Source: an uncultured delta proteobacterium (lineage in GTDB: Bacteria > Myxococcota_A > Polyangia > Fen-1088). Taken from it: DNA of 64,000 nucleotides. The stretch spans positions 256,001-320,000 of the forward strand of contig CAVWIP010000012.1 in the NCBI GenBank assembly GCA_963755125.1. Reading direction: 5' to 3'. Shown here piece after piece: positions 28,794 to 39,035 of the stretch. Under the pieces are notes generated by a model that was given only the letters and a program-made list of their open reading frames with translations, was not told the origin of the DNA and made no database searches. Numbering within the stretch: position 1 is the first letter of the stretch; each line of letters begins with the position of its first letter. Made by a program: the position numbers and the translations under genes.

Positions 28794-31544
28794 TCAGCCC
28801 GCTGCCGATTTTGGTAACTGGATTTGCGTCGTAACGGCTGGGCCAGCGTCGTGCTTCGGTGGCCCATCGTGAGCTGGACCCCACCTGTCCTGTCGCGTGC
28901 GGCGATGGCGCCGGCGGAGTATTGTTGTCGCGCCGAGGGCGGCGAACAGTAGCAATTCCGGCCCTCGGTGGTTGTTGGTGGTGCCCATGCTGCACGAACA
29001 GCCGGATGCAGAGGAGTTAGCCTTTCCCGTGTCGATCTGACCGGTGGCTCCGCCGCTGACAACTACGCCGGTGCTGCCGGCCGCGCCGGTGCTTCCGCTG
29101 GCAAGAGTGGCTCCAGGCGCGCCGGAGTTTCCGCCCACAAGAGTGGTCGCGGGCGCGCCGGTGGTGCCGCCGGCAACAGGGATGCCGGGCTCACTGGCGC
29201 CTCCAGCGTTTCCGCCGATGGCCGTGTTTCCGCCCATGGCGACGGTTCCACCAGTGACCGTGGCTCCGCCGCTGGCAGGAGATCCGCCGGTGCGTGTGGT
29301 TTCGCCTGTGGCGGGAATTCCCCCGCTGGGGGCAGCTCCGCCGCTGGCAGGAGATCCGCCGGTGCGTGTGGTCCCACCTGCGCCCGAAGCACCGCCCGCA
29401 CCGCCAGTGCCGCCGGCGCGCGTGGCTCCGCCTGCGCCAGAGATGCCGCCGCTGCCGGTGGCTCCGCCAACGCCCGTGGTTCCACCGCTGCCCGTGCTTC
29501 CGCCCGTGCCGCCGTCGGGCGGGGTCTGCCCGTCTTGGGCAAAGACCGTTGGCGGAGGCGTGGTTCCGCCCACGGTGTTGACGATCAGGTTGTCGAACAA
29601 CGCCGTGGTCTTCGCGGCGGTGCCAAGCCCGACGTTGCCCTTGGAGTACTTGCTATCCGTCACCGAAAAGACCTGCGTACCGTCGACTAGGCCCTTGATC
29701 GAGGTGCCCTGGAAGACCAGCTTCATGTTGTGCCAGGAACCTGCGGCCAGCGTGGCCTGCCCGTTGGCGAGCGTGGTCGCGGTGGACGACGACGTGGTCG
29801 AGGCATAGAAATTGTAAGCCCCGGTCGGACTCATGGTCATGGAGTAGGCGTTTGGATTGGTGCCGTAGCCGGTTCCGGTCGAGTTGACCCGCCCCAACAG
29901 TGACGCCCACCCCGACGTCGTCTCTATCGAGACGTCGGCGCTGACTTCGTAGTTGGTCCAGCCGGTATCGCCCACGATGGTGTACGGATTGGTTTCCGGG
30001 GCCCAGCTCTGCGCCGGCTGGCTGATGACCTGGCGCAGACACTGCCCGCTTCCGTCCGGACGCTGGTAAAGTTCGAATCCACCTGCGATGTCGTCGTGGT
30101 AGTATGGCCGATAGCCGACCGCCTGGAAGTCAGCGTAGTGATCGTAATTCTCGTAGTAGGGGAACGGGAAAGCCGCCGCTGCCGGCGGCGTGGCCGCGCC
30201 CTTCTGCTGACCAGTCGTGGTGCTGATCGAGTAGATGGAATTCGCGTCGAGCGATAGGCTGAACGATCCATTGACCGGGGTGACGCTGGGCTGTTGCTGA
30301 AACTGCGCGGTCGCATTGCTGCGCCACACGGACACGGCGCCGGTGGAAAGGCCCCCCGTGACGTTGAACGTGATGTTCTGTGCCGCCTTCGCGCCCGATG
30401 TCTGCGCGATGACGCTGTAGTCCCCGCCAGTGGGAGCCATCATGGTCACGTAGTTCCCGCCGCCGGAGAAGTTTCCGGACGCGCCATCCAGGTACTTCCA
30501 GCCGGTCTTGGTGAACTGACCCACGTGCGCATAGCCCCAGAGCGCTGGATTGATCGTGTAGTTGCCGCTCCATGGGGAGCTCGCGACTGCCATGGTGTCG
30601 TCGTAGAAAGGCTCGTTCGAGTAGAACGACGTGATGAGATACCAGTATATGGTCTTGGTGATCTTGCTATTGACGTAGTTGAAGTTGAACGCGCCGACAA
30701 TGTCTATTGCGCACTGAAACCCATGTTCGTACACGTGCTCCTCGGTGTCCCAGATTGGCTTGCCGATAGCTATGACGTTTGCCGGCGGCGGCGTTCCAGT
30801 CTGGGTGCCAAATGACGCCGTGGTGTGGCTGCCGATGGCATATATCGCCGCCTTCAAGGTGGCATTGGTATTCATGTCGGTGGCCCAGGTCCAACTGGTG
30901 GCTCCCCAGTTGTCAAAAGCGTGAATGCCCACGTTGGTGAGGCCGTTGCTGTTCAAGGTGGTGCGAAAGAGCTCCGCCCAGCTCTCGTTGGTGCCCTTCT
31001 CGTTGCGGCACCCGACGTAGTCGATGTCGAGACCGTGGGCGGACTTGGCGCCCATGATCCACTTGGACAGGTAATTAGCCGTGTCTTGCGACCAGAAGTT
31101 GCCATTGCCGACCCAGGCCGGGGCCGACCACGCCGTGGCATCCAAGTAGATCGCTGGGTTTCTCGCCCTGGCCTGTTCCATCAGCCACCACTCGTAGCCG
31201 CGGTAGTAGTTCTCATCCGTGCTGGTGTGCATGTGGCTCAGCTCCGAGCCCTGGGTCGAGTTCCCGTCGCCGCCTACCTCGACATACAGCTCCTGCAATC
31301 CCGCCCCATAGTTCGGTTTGAAGAGGTAGTCGAGTATCTGCGATCGCTGGGGCTCGACGTAGTCCATGAGCAACGGGGACGTTCCGCCGCCGCCACTCAC
31401 CGCGCCGATTCCCTCATAGGTGCGCCCGGAGCCAGTGCCATCGATGGCGATGGTCTGGGCAAGGGCACCGCCACTCATGCTGAAGATCCCCATGACCGGG
31501 GCGGTGAGGAAGACGAGGCGAATACGTGTCGCAGCAGTACTCAT
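28794..31544 (-). CDS. GH59 galactosylceramidase-like glycoside hydrolase with Gly/Thr linker and MYXO-CTERM-like anchor
   Basis: GIGAVSGGGGTSPLL, LDYLFKPNYGA, RGYEWWLM, NE and TEE candidate catalytic Glu, lectin-like domain, GCSC + hydrophobic + RRRHRR tail. Confidence 0.9.
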   Translation of the reverse strand: MSTAATRIRLVFLTAPVMGIFSMSGGALAQTIAIDGTGSGRTYEGIGAVSGGGGTSPLLMDYVEPQRSQILDYLFKPNYGAGLQELYVEVGGDGNSTQGSELSHMHTSTDENYYRGYEWWLMEQARARNPAIYLDATAWSAPAWVGNGNFWSQDTANYLSKWIMGAKSAHGLDIDYVGCRNEKGTNESWAELFRTTLNSNGLTNVGIHAFDNWGATSWTWATDMNTNATLKAAIYAIGSHTTASFGTQTGTPPPANVIAIGKPIWDTEEHVYEHGFQCAIDIVGAFNFNYVNSKITKTIYWYLITSFYSNEPFYDDTMAVASSPWSGNYTINPALWGYAHVGQFTKTGWKYLDGASGNFSGGGNYVTMMAPTGGDYSVIAQTSGAKAAQNITFNVTGGLSTGAVSVWRSNATAQFQQQPSVTPVNGSFSLSLDANSIYSISTTTGQQKGAATPPAAAAFPFPYYENYDHYADFQAVGYRPYYHDDIAGGFELYQRPDGSGQCLRQVISQPAQSWAPETNPYTIVGDTGWTNYEVSADVSIETTSGWASLLGRVNSTGTGYGTNPNAYSMTMSPTGAYNFYASTTSSSTATTLANGQATLAAGSWHNMKLVFQGTSIKGLVDGTQVFSVTDSKYSKGNVGLGTAAKTTALFDNLIVNTVGGTTPPPTVFAQDGQTPPDGGTGGSTGSGGTTGVGGATGSGGISGAGGATRAGGTGGAGGASGAGGTTRTGGSPASGGAAPSGGIPATGETTRTGGSPASGGATVTGGTVAMGGNTAIGGNAGGASEPGIPVAGGTTGAPATTLVGGNSGAPGATLASGSTGAAGSTGVVVSGGATGQIDTGKANSSASGCSCSMGTTNNHRGPELLLFAALGATTILRRRHRRTRQDRWGPAHDGPPKHDAGPAVTTQIQLPKSAAG
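29263..29372. repeat. Exact 38-bp direct repeat (72-bp period) in the GH59 linker
   Basis: gctccgccgctggcaggagatccgccggtgcgtgtggt at 29263-29300 and 29335-29372. Confidence 0.9.
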
Positions 31545-31650
31545 GGACAGTATCCTTCCGCTTGTTATCTAAATCTCTAGGGCGGACGAGAGGCGATAGC
31601 TTCACGGAGAAGTTAGCGATCGAGGCACGGCAACGCGACCGGCTACGACG

Positions 31651-31676
31651 AAAACCCTTCCTTGAGCGAGGAAGGG
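31651..31676 (-). terminator. Intrinsic terminator-like hairpin downstream of the peroxiredoxin gene
   Basis: Minus strand CCCTTCCT-cgctca-AGGAAGGG followed by TTTT. Confidence 0.6.
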
Positions 31677-31789
31677 GTCCTCGCCGGCGCACGATGGGTC
31701 GAAGAATCGATCCTTCTGCCTTGCTGCCGGAAGGCCCAATCCCCATGTCGGTGAATCGAGCGCCGTAGGCGAGAGGGCGACACTTTACT

Positions 31790-32332
31790 CTACTTTCCGG
31801 TCGCTCCCAGGGCATCCAGGGCGGCCAGCACCTCGCGGCTGTGCGCGGCAGGCTTCACGTCGGCAAACACGCGCGCGATCTTGCCCTGAGGATCGATGAT
31901 GAAGGTATGACGCGCGGCCAGTTTGGTCACCACCAAGTCGTTCAGCGATCCGTAGGCCGCCGCCACCTTCTTCTCGGTGTCTGCCAGCAGCTTGAAGGTG
32001 AGCCCCTCCTGCGCGCAAAACTCCTTGTGCGATTCAACGCTGTCCACGCTCACCCCCAACACAATGGCCTTGCGCTTGGTGTACTCGGGCTGGTCTTTGG
32101 CGAAGTTGTGTGCCTCGAGAGTGCAGCCCGGGGTCTTGTCCTTGGGGTAGAAGTACAGAACCACCCAGGTGCCGCGCAGAGCTGAGAGCTGCACCTTGCT
32201 GCCGTCATGCGCTGGCAGCGTGAAATCTGGCGCCACTCTGCCCACGGCTGGCATCTCAGTCGCGCCGGCAAGCAGGGGCCAGGAAATCAGAACCATGGTG
32301 ACGAAGGTGAGGATTTCTGAGTACGGGTTCAT
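31790..32332 (-). CDS. bcp: BCP/PrxQ peroxiredoxin with N-terminal signal peptide
   Basis: APDFTL, VLYFYPKDKTPGCTLEA, GVSVD, RHTFIIDPQG. Confidence 0.88.
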   Translation of the reverse strand: MNPYSEILTFVTMVLISWPLLAGATEMPAVGRVAPDFTLPAHDGSKVQLSALRGTWVVLYFYPKDKTPGCTLEAHNFAKDQPEYTKRKAIVLGVSVDSVESHKEFCAQEGLTFKLLADTEKKVAAAYGSLNDLVVTKLAARHTFIIDPQGKIARVFADVKPAAHSREVLAALDALGATGK

Positions 32333-32434
32333 GGGTCTCTCCACAAGTTTGCCTATTAGATGTTTTCTTACGGGCATTGGCTTCGCCTCATTGCCCATGA
32401 CCACCTCGGCGGCCTCTCGTGGCACAATGGGCGC

Positions 32435-35400
32435 ATGCGTTTCGCCACGCTGGGTCTGATGTTCACGCTGGTTATCGGTTGCGCGGGGATCCCACGGCTG
32501 CCCGTGGATCCGCGCGTGGGGCCGGTCCGTCTCGTACACGGCGGTGCCGGGCCCGAGGTGGATCGGCTGCTGGAGAGGCTGTACGGCCGCGACATGGCTC
32601 TGTCGGAACTTCGTGCGCTGACTCAGGCGACCCTGGCACAGTACCCGCAATCAGGGGCTGCGCACGAGGCGGCGGCGTACCTGGCAGATCTGGACGACGA
32701 TCCCCACGAGGCGTGGCTTCATTTCTGGAAGGCGGCGCAGGACTTGGATGACCCGCTCGCTGAACTCTACCTATGGGAGATGAACGTCGATCCCACCCGT
32801 GCCGAGATGGAGGCGAACATCGCGCTCTACGACGCGATCCGTACCGGGCACCCACGTCCCACGACGCGCGCCGCCGCCACGATCTACCAAATGCGTGCGC
32901 TCAGGTGGCTCGGGCAGGGCCGCCGGGCACGGGCCCTGCTTCCCTCTCTGGGCTTCATCGACCGCTGGGCGATCCTGGGTGCCTTCGACAACGAAGCAGG
33001 CAAAGGGTTCTTGACCGCCTTCCCGCCCGAGAAGAAGATTGACTTCGACCATGCGGTCGATGGGCCCCTGGTGCCGCTGCGCTGGCGCGAGCTGCCGCGC
33101 ACGACGGACCTTGGGACCGTGCCCCTGGGCAGCACGATCTGGCCATCCGAAGCCAGCGTGGCGTATCTGGCGACCTGGGTTCACGCCGACGCCGCCGTCG
33201 ATGCGCGGCTCCGGATCACGACCGGCGATGCGACTCGGGCCTGGCTCAACGGGGGCCTGGTGCTGTCGGAGGAGCGGATCGACGCCGGCGATCTGGACAA
33301 TCTGGTGGTACCGATACGCCTGCAGCCGGGCTGGAACCAGCTTCTCATCAAGTCGGCGCAGAAGAGCGGGGGGTGGTGGGTGCAGGCTCGCCTGACCGAT
33401 CGCGACGGTGTTCCGCTGGCTGGCCTGTCCTATTCGGCGCAGCCGCAGCCCTTCCAGCCGCAGGCCGATTCATTGCAGGTCATCGAGACGCCGCCCGAAC
33501 TGGCGGCCGTGATGCCGCTGAACCGCCGGGCGTTGCTGGCGGGCCGCTGGGCCGCCCGCGACGGACACGTTCGCCGCCAGGAGAGCGAGTCGCAGTCGTT
33601 TCTGGATGCGGCGCCCGAGAATCTTCTGGCCATCTATTACATGAGTTTCGCGTACTGGGCGAACGAGGAGTCTGGCAAGGTGATCGACCTGCTCAACCGA
33701 GGCGTCGAACGCGCCGGCAACCGAGCGTCCGCGTTCCTGCGTTTGCGGGCGCGCTACTACGTGCAGCGGCGTCTCTACGACAAGGCGCAGGCGGATTATC
33801 TGCAGGAGATGCAGGCCACCGGCGCCGCGCGCGTGGCCGAGCGCGACCTCGCCGACCTCTACGGTCAGCGCGGCTGGCGCATCGATCGATGCCGCCAACT
33901 GGCGGAAACCGCGCGCAAGTGGCCGGACAGCGCGATCACCGTGCGCGAGCAGGGTAGCTGCGAGATCGGGCTCGGCTACGCGGCACGCGGGACCGCTACG
34001 CTGGAGCGGGCACTCGCTCTCGAGCCGGGCGCGGTGAAGACCCTGGAACGGTTGTACGATCGCGCTGTCGACGAGTCGCGCTTCAAAGACGCGCACCGCT
34101 GGCTGCGCGCCCTCGTCGAGCTGGAGCCGACTGCGCCGGTCTATTTGGTCAACGCGGCGGATCTCTCCCGCCGCGAGGGCCGGCCGGCCGAGGCGGAGTC
34201 GCTGCTAGCGGCTGCCGCGCGCCTCAACCCGGTGTGGCCGCGGCCGCACGAGCGGCTGGGCGATCTGTACTGGGAGCAGGGACGCAAGGCGGACGCCCTG
34301 GTCGAGTGGAAGCTGGCGCACGAGCGCGATCCGAACAACTCGGTGCTGGCGCAGCGGATCGAGTTTCAGGAACCGACCCGCCTGGGATTCATCGAGCGGT
34401 ACGTGCCGGGTGCAGACGCGATCGACGCGGCGCTGACCCGCAAGATCAAACCCCACCCCGGCGCGCAGGCGGTTGAGCGGCTGGACGACGAGGTCACCGA
34501 GGTGAACGCCGACGGCGGCGCCCGGCGGGTGGTCACCTTGGTGGCGGAGGCGCTGACCGAGCAAGGACGTGATGCCCTAATCACGCAAAGAGTGCCAACC
34601 GTCGGCACGGTGAAGATCTTGCAGGCCTACTCCCTGTCGAAGAGCGGTGAGCGCCAGGAGGCTTCGTCCATCCGGGGCGGCACCTTGCGTTTCCGCAACC
34701 TGGAGGTCGGGTCGCGCCTGGTGCTTCAGTACGTGCACTACGCGCCCGCCGGACACTTCCTGGAAAACCACTTCGTGACCACCTGGTACTTCCGCCTCCC
34801 ATCCTGGCAGAACGAACAGCCGCGCTGGGTCCTGGTTCTGGGCAAGGATCGCCCGTTGCGCACGGACGTCGCAGGGCCGGTCAAGCTAGATGAGACGGTG
34901 GTGGGCGACCGGCGCGTCCGCATATGGTCGTCAGAGGCCGCGCCGCCCATGACCCCCGAGGTCGCTTCGCCGCCGGTTGCCGATCTCCTCTGGCGGGTGA
35001 GTGTCAGCACCGTGCCCGACTGGGACGAATACGTGCGCTGGGAGCGAGCCCTGCTCGCCGACGCGTTCCAGAACAGCCCCCGGCTGGAGGAGTTGGCCGC
35101 CAAACTCACCGCCGGTGCCGCCAGCCCGCGCGAGAAGTTGGACCGACTGTTCGGATATGTGACCAAGGAGATCCGGTACCAGCAGGATTACGAGAACACC
35201 GTCGCCGGCGTCCGGCCGCACGCCTGCCCGGTGGTCATCGAGCGTGGATACGGTGATTGCAAGGACAAGGCGGTGCTGCTGATCCATCTGGCCAAGCTGG
35301 CCGGCATCAAGCTCAAGTTCGCCATCCTTCGCACTGTCACGGCGGGCAAGGTGCTTCGCGATGTCCCGAACCAGCAGTTCAATCACGCAATCGTCTACGC

Positions 35401-36202
35401 GCCGGCGCAGCCGGGTATCGCCCAGCCATTCTTCCTCGACCCGACCGCGGACGGGCTGGACATGGGCAACTTGCAGCCCGTGGACCAGGGAGCGCTTAGC
35501 CTGGTGCTGGACCCGGAGTCGGGCGCGTGGGAGATGATGCCCATTCCGTACGATGCTCCGGAGCTGAGCGAGACGCGGCTGGTCTTGCGGGCTGACATCA
35601 AGTCGACCACCGAGGCGCGCCTGGAGGGCACGCTCACGGCTCGCGGGGGAATGGCCATGGGATTGCGGCATACCCTGCGCAACAAGACCGCCGCCGAAAA
35701 GGCCATGCAGGCCTTCGCAAGCAGGCTGCTCCCCGGCGTGACCCTGGGACATTCCGAATGGCCACCCGAGGAAGACACAGCCAAGCCGCTCGCAATCAAG
35801 CTGGAGATGGACGCCTCGCGCGCCATCCAGGCCGAAGAGGATCACTTCCGGTTCCCGCTGCCCCACCTGGTGGATTTCGCCGCCGCCGCCACGCTCGAGC
35901 ACCGGGAGACGCCGCTGCGGCTTGGCGTCCCGGAGGTGTGGTCCGACACGGTCGCGGTCACCCTGCCCGAGGGCTTCGCGTTCCTGCACACGCCCGGGGA
36001 CTTCACCATCACGCACCCGTGCTTCTCGGCGCAGGGGCGCTCGACCACTGCGGGCCCCGCCAGGACGTTCTCGTTCACGTTCAGGCGCACTTGCAGCGAG
36101 ATCGCGGTCGAAGACTACGGCGCATTTCGGGATCGGGTGCGGGACACGGCGGCCAAGCTACGCGACGCGATTTCGTTCGTGCGAAGAAAGACTGGCCGCT
36201 GA
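32435..36202 (+). CDS. Large lipoprotein with jelly-roll domain, TPRs, DUF3857 and transglutaminase-like domain
   Basis: Lipobox LVIGC; TPR region; EIRY...GYGDCKDKA...FNHAI...LDPT (Cys-His-Asp triad). Confidence 0.85.
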   Translation: MRFATLGLMFTLVIGCAGIPRLPVDPRVGPVRLVHGGAGPEVDRLLERLYGRDMALSELRALTQATLAQYPQSGAAHEAAAYLADLDDDPHEAWLHFWKAAQDLDDPLAELYLWEMNVDPTRAEMEANIALYDAIRTGHPRPTTRAAATIYQMRALRWLGQGRRARALLPSLGFIDRWAILGAFDNEAGKGFLTAFPPEKKIDFDHAVDGPLVPLRWRELPRTTDLGTVPLGSTIWPSEASVAYLATWVHADAAVDARLRITTGDATRAWLNGGLVLSEERIDAGDLDNLVVPIRLQPGWNQLLIKSAQKSGGWWVQARLTDRDGVPLAGLSYSAQPQPFQPQADSLQVIETPPELAAVMPLNRRALLAGRWAARDGHVRRQESESQSFLDAAPENLLAIYYMSFAYWANEESGKVIDLLNRGVERAGNRASAFLRLRARYYVQRRLYDKAQADYLQEMQATGAARVAERDLADLYGQRGWRIDRCRQLAETARKWPDSAITVREQGSCEIGLGYAARGTATLERALALEPGAVKTLERLYDRAVDESRFKDAHRWLRALVELEPTAPVYLVNAADLSRREGRPAEAESLLAAAARLNPVWPRPHERLGDLYWEQGRKADALVEWKLAHERDPNNSVLAQRIEFQEPTRLGFIERYVPGADAIDAALTRKIKPHPGAQAVERLDDEVTEVNADGGARRVVTLVAEALTEQGRDALITQRVPTVGTVKILQAYSLSKSGERQEASSIRGGTLRFRNLEVGSRLVLQYVHYAPAGHFLENHFVTTWYFRLPSWQNEQPRWVLVLGKDRPLRTDVAGPVKLDETVVGDRRVRIWSSEAAPPMTPEVASPPVADLLWRVSVSTVPDWDEYVRWERALLADAFQNSPRLEELAAKLTAGAASPREKLDRLFGYVTKEIRYQQDYENTVAGVRPHACPVVIERGYGDCKDKAVLLIHLAKLAGIKLKFAILRTVTAGKVLRDVPNQQFNHAIVYAPAQPGIAQPFFLDPTADGLDMGNLQPVDQGALSLVLDPESGAWEMMPIPYDAPELSETRLVLRADIKSTTEARLEGTLTARGGMAMGLRHTLRNKTAAEKAMQAFASRLLPGVTLGHSEWPPEEDTAKPLAIKLEMDASRAIQAEEDHFRFPLPHLVDFAAAATLEHRETPLRLGVPEVWSDTVAVTLPEGFAFLHTPGDFTITHPCFSAQGRSTTAGPARTFSFTFRRTCSEIAVEDYGAFRDRVRDTAAKLRDAISFVRRKTGR

Positions 36203-36362
36203 GGCGGCAGACGCCGCTGCCTCCTGATTCGGAGTCGTGCCCGTGCTGACGGCCTGCCGCGCCCCCCGGCGACGACAAGCCGACTCCTGATGGCTGGCGC
36301 CGCCGCAGAACGGCACAACGAATATCTGAGCTGTAGGAACGGGTCAGGGCACTGCTTGTGCG

Positions 36363-38093
36363 ATGTCAATCCGCCAACACAACAAGAAGTTTATCCAAGA
36401 TCCGTGCGCCAGCCGCGAGCTGGGGATTTTCCCTGGCCTTTTGTTCGCTGTGGCCGCCTTGGCTTCTCTTGGACTCGGATGTACCTCGGGAAAGCAAAGC
36501 TCGCAGAACACCGCGTCACAGGGAGGGAGTAGCCAGGCCACCGGTGGTTCAGGCGGGAACGGGCAAGTTACCAGCGGCGCTGGGACGAGCGGCTCGGTCA
36601 CCACAGGTGGCGGAAGCAGTTCGGTCGCTCCGGGTGGCTCGGTCGCGACCGGCGGCTCGGTAGTCTCAAGTAGCTCAGTCGCGACCGGCGGCTCGGTTCC
36701 CACGGGTGGTTCAGTCGCGACTGGTGGCTCGGTAGCCTCAAGTAGCTCAGTCGCGACCGGCGGTTCGGTTCCCGCGGGTGGTTCAGTCGTCACGGGCGGT
36801 ATGCCCGGTCGGGGCGGCTCGACTGCGCTGGGCGGATCAGTTGTCACGGGCGGCATGACCGGTCGGGGCGGCTCGACGGTGGCAGGTGGATCAGTGGCCA
36901 CGGGTGGCACGACTGGTCGAGGCACCACGACGCCGACGGGCGGCACGACCCCGACCGGCGGCACGACCCCGACGGGCGGCACGACCCCGACCGGCGGCAC
37001 GACCCCGACCGGCGGGAGTGGGGTCTGCCCCACGGTCGCTACCCCTCCAACCCCAGACACCACGACCCGGGCCCAGTGCACCAGCAGCTCGACTGGTATT
37101 GCTTGCCATTTCGGTGGGAACCCTGGCAACTACGATGTCTCTTTCAACCTCGGTGGCACGGCTGCTGGGCAGACCGAAGTTCAGGCTGAAACCTTGCGCG
37201 AGATGCTGGCCGCCCCCGTGACTACGGAGGGAACACCCGTTGCCCCAATCGTTACCACCGCGGGCCAGAAACTCCTCTATTCCATGACAGTCAACGTGCG
37301 CCAGCCACAGGGGCAACCCGACTGGGCGCAGGCGTCCGACGGAACCCCCGGATTGGACATGTACTTCATCGGACCAGCTCCGCAGTTGGATTCCATCGCC
37401 TACGCGCCAGCCGCGGCCAGCGACGTCGTCATGTATATCGCAACCGATTCAACCGGGTGCGACCAAGATGGCCCTGGAACGGCGGGGTGGGGACAGTGGC
37501 TTCCGCAATTCTTCGGCTTCGGCCTATCCGTCGCGAACTATGGCAATTCCGGCGCGCTCACGGAATGCTCGCCGACAACCACACCATGCAGGACCGACGC
37601 TCCCTATTACAGTTTCTATGACAATCCCAAGATGTGGCCTGCCATTAAACCTCTCCTCAAGGCTGGCGACGTCGTGCTGATCGAATTTGCCCACAACGAC
37701 AAGAACACGCCACAGGATCAGTACGAAGCCAACCTGAACACGTATATTAACGAAACAAGGGCGGCGGGCGCCATCCCGGTGCTTGCGACTCCAATTCCAC
37801 GCAACAATTGGACCAACGCCACCACAATGAATCCCACTCAACTCGTCAACGATGTGGGAGTCGACCTTCCTGCCAGCATCAGGAGTGTCGGCGCAGCCGC
37901 TGGCGTTCCGGTCATCGATCTGACAACCAAGGTCGTGGCGTTCTTTAGCTCAAAAGGCGAAGCCACGGCCAGCACGTACTACGCGGATCCGACCACTCAC
38001 CTCAACACGGTGGGAGCGAACATAGTTGCCACCATCATGCGCGACGAGATTCGCAGCCTCAACATCTATCCGCTGGTCTGCTTCCTGCGCTAG
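36363..38093 (+). CDS. SGNH/GDSL esterase, rhamnogalacturonan acetylesterase (CE12)-like lipoprotein with long Gly/Ser/Thr linker
   Basis: Lipobox LGLGC; TDST, GWGQ, NYGNSG, IEFAHND, DPTTHLN..GA motifs. Confidence 0.82.
   Translation: MSIRQHNKKFIQDPCASRELGIFPGLLFAVAALASLGLGCTSGKQSSQNTASQGGSSQATGGSGGNGQVTSGAGTSGSVTTGGGSSSVAPGGSVATGGSVVSSSSVATGGSVPTGGSVATGGSVASSSSVATGGSVPAGGSVVTGGMPGRGGSTALGGSVVTGGMTGRGGSTVAGGSVATGGTTGRGTTTPTGGTTPTGGTTPTGGTTPTGGTTPTGGSGVCPTVATPPTPDTTTRAQCTSSSTGIACHFGGNPGNYDVSFNLGGTAAGQTEVQAETLREMLAAPVTTEGTPVAPIVTTAGQKLLYSMTVNVRQPQGQPDWAQASDGTPGLDMYFIGPAPQLDSIAYAPAAASDVVMYIATDSTGCDQDGPGTAGWGQWLPQFFGFGLSVANYGNSGALTECSPTTTPCRTDAPYYSFYDNPKMWPAIKPLLKAGDVVLIEFAHNDKNTPQDQYEANLNTYINETRAAGAIPVLATPIPRNNWTNATTMNPTQLVNDVGVDLPASIRSVGAAAGVPVIDLTTKVVAFFSSKGEATASTYYADPTTHLNTVGANIVATIMRDEIRSLNIYPLVCFLR
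36921..37010. repeat. 18-bp tandem repeat encoding GGTTPT (four near-perfect copies and one degenerate); further 72-bp duplications at about 36635-36790
   Basis: ggcggcacgaccccgacS x4 at 36939-37010. Confidence 0.9.
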
Positions 38094-38504
38094 ATCTCGT
38101 TCTCGCGAGCCACTCCCCGTCGGCCATCTGCGCGGCCATCACCTTTCAAAACAACGGCCGCCGATGACCCAACGACCGACCATGGGCGATACCGGCCTTG
38201 GCTCCGGAAATGGCTGTGGTCTGCGCATGTGCCCTTTCATGCCCGCCGTTCCCACAACGTTGGAACTGCGGGCCAGCGGGGCCTGGCGCAGCGAAGCGAC
38301 GCCGACCAGGGCGTGATGGAGTAGACTGCGCCGCGTGCTCGACACAGCCTCATCAGCAGCCGGAAACCGCGGAAGAAGTCGCTGCGTCGCGCGGCCTGTC
38401 CGCTCAGGGTTGCGCGGGTCCGGGCGGGGAATGTGCCGGATGCTGGCAATTCCGGATCGTTCCTGCGTTCCGTGCACCGGGCCGCATCATAGCCCAGACG
38501 AAAG

Positions 38505-39035
38505 GTGAGCCGGATGGAACGATCGCACAGGTCCCACGGAACCGGACAGTTCACCCTTTCGGAGTTCAAGTCGCTTGGACCCGACTGTGTGTTCGAGCCG
38601 GGCGTGCTGGTTTTTCATCCGGAGACCGTTTTGCTGGGAGCGAATGTATATGTCGGTCACTACACGATTCTCAAGGGCTATTGCAAGAACCAGATGCGCA
38701 TCGGTGATCGCACCTGGATCGGGCAGCAGTGTTTTCTGCATTCGGCCGGCGGGATCAGCATTGGCAAGAGTGTGGGTATCGGGCCAGGAGTGAAGATTCT
38801 CACGTCCGTGCACAGCGAGGCGGGTCGGGCGAGCCCCATACTCTTCTCTCCCATTGCAACTGCTCCCGTGGTGGTGGAAGACGACGCCGACCTCGGTGTC
38901 AATTCGGTCATCCTCCCCGGGGTGACCGTGGGCCGCGGCGCGATCGTGGGGGCTGGCGCTGTGGTCACTCACGATGTCCCGGCGTATGCCGTCGTCGCAG
39001 GCGTTCCGGCCAAGGTGCTAAGGCTGCGCCCGTGA
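38505..39035 (+). CDS. Hexapeptide-repeat acyltransferase (LbH family)
   Basis: IGDRTWIG, IGKSVGIGP, ILPGVTVGRGAIVGAGAVVTHDVP...VAGVPA. Confidence 0.9.
   Translation: MSRMERSHRSHGTGQFTLSEFKSLGPDCVFEPGVLVFHPETVLLGANVYVGHYTILKGYCKNQMRIGDRTWIGQQCFLHSAGGISIGKSVGIGPGVKILTSVHSEAGRASPILFSPIATAPVVVEDDADLGVNSVILPGVTVGRGAIVGAGAVVTHDVPAYAVVAGVPAKVLRLRP

Noticed and set aside
30061..30090. GTTCGAATCC tRNA T-loop-like sequence
   Set aside because: Lies inside the GH59 coding region and no cloverleaf can be formed.
38250..38320. Possible integron attC-like element (CACAAC...CGAAGCG)
   Set aside because: No matching GTTRRRY end, no second copy and no integrase.
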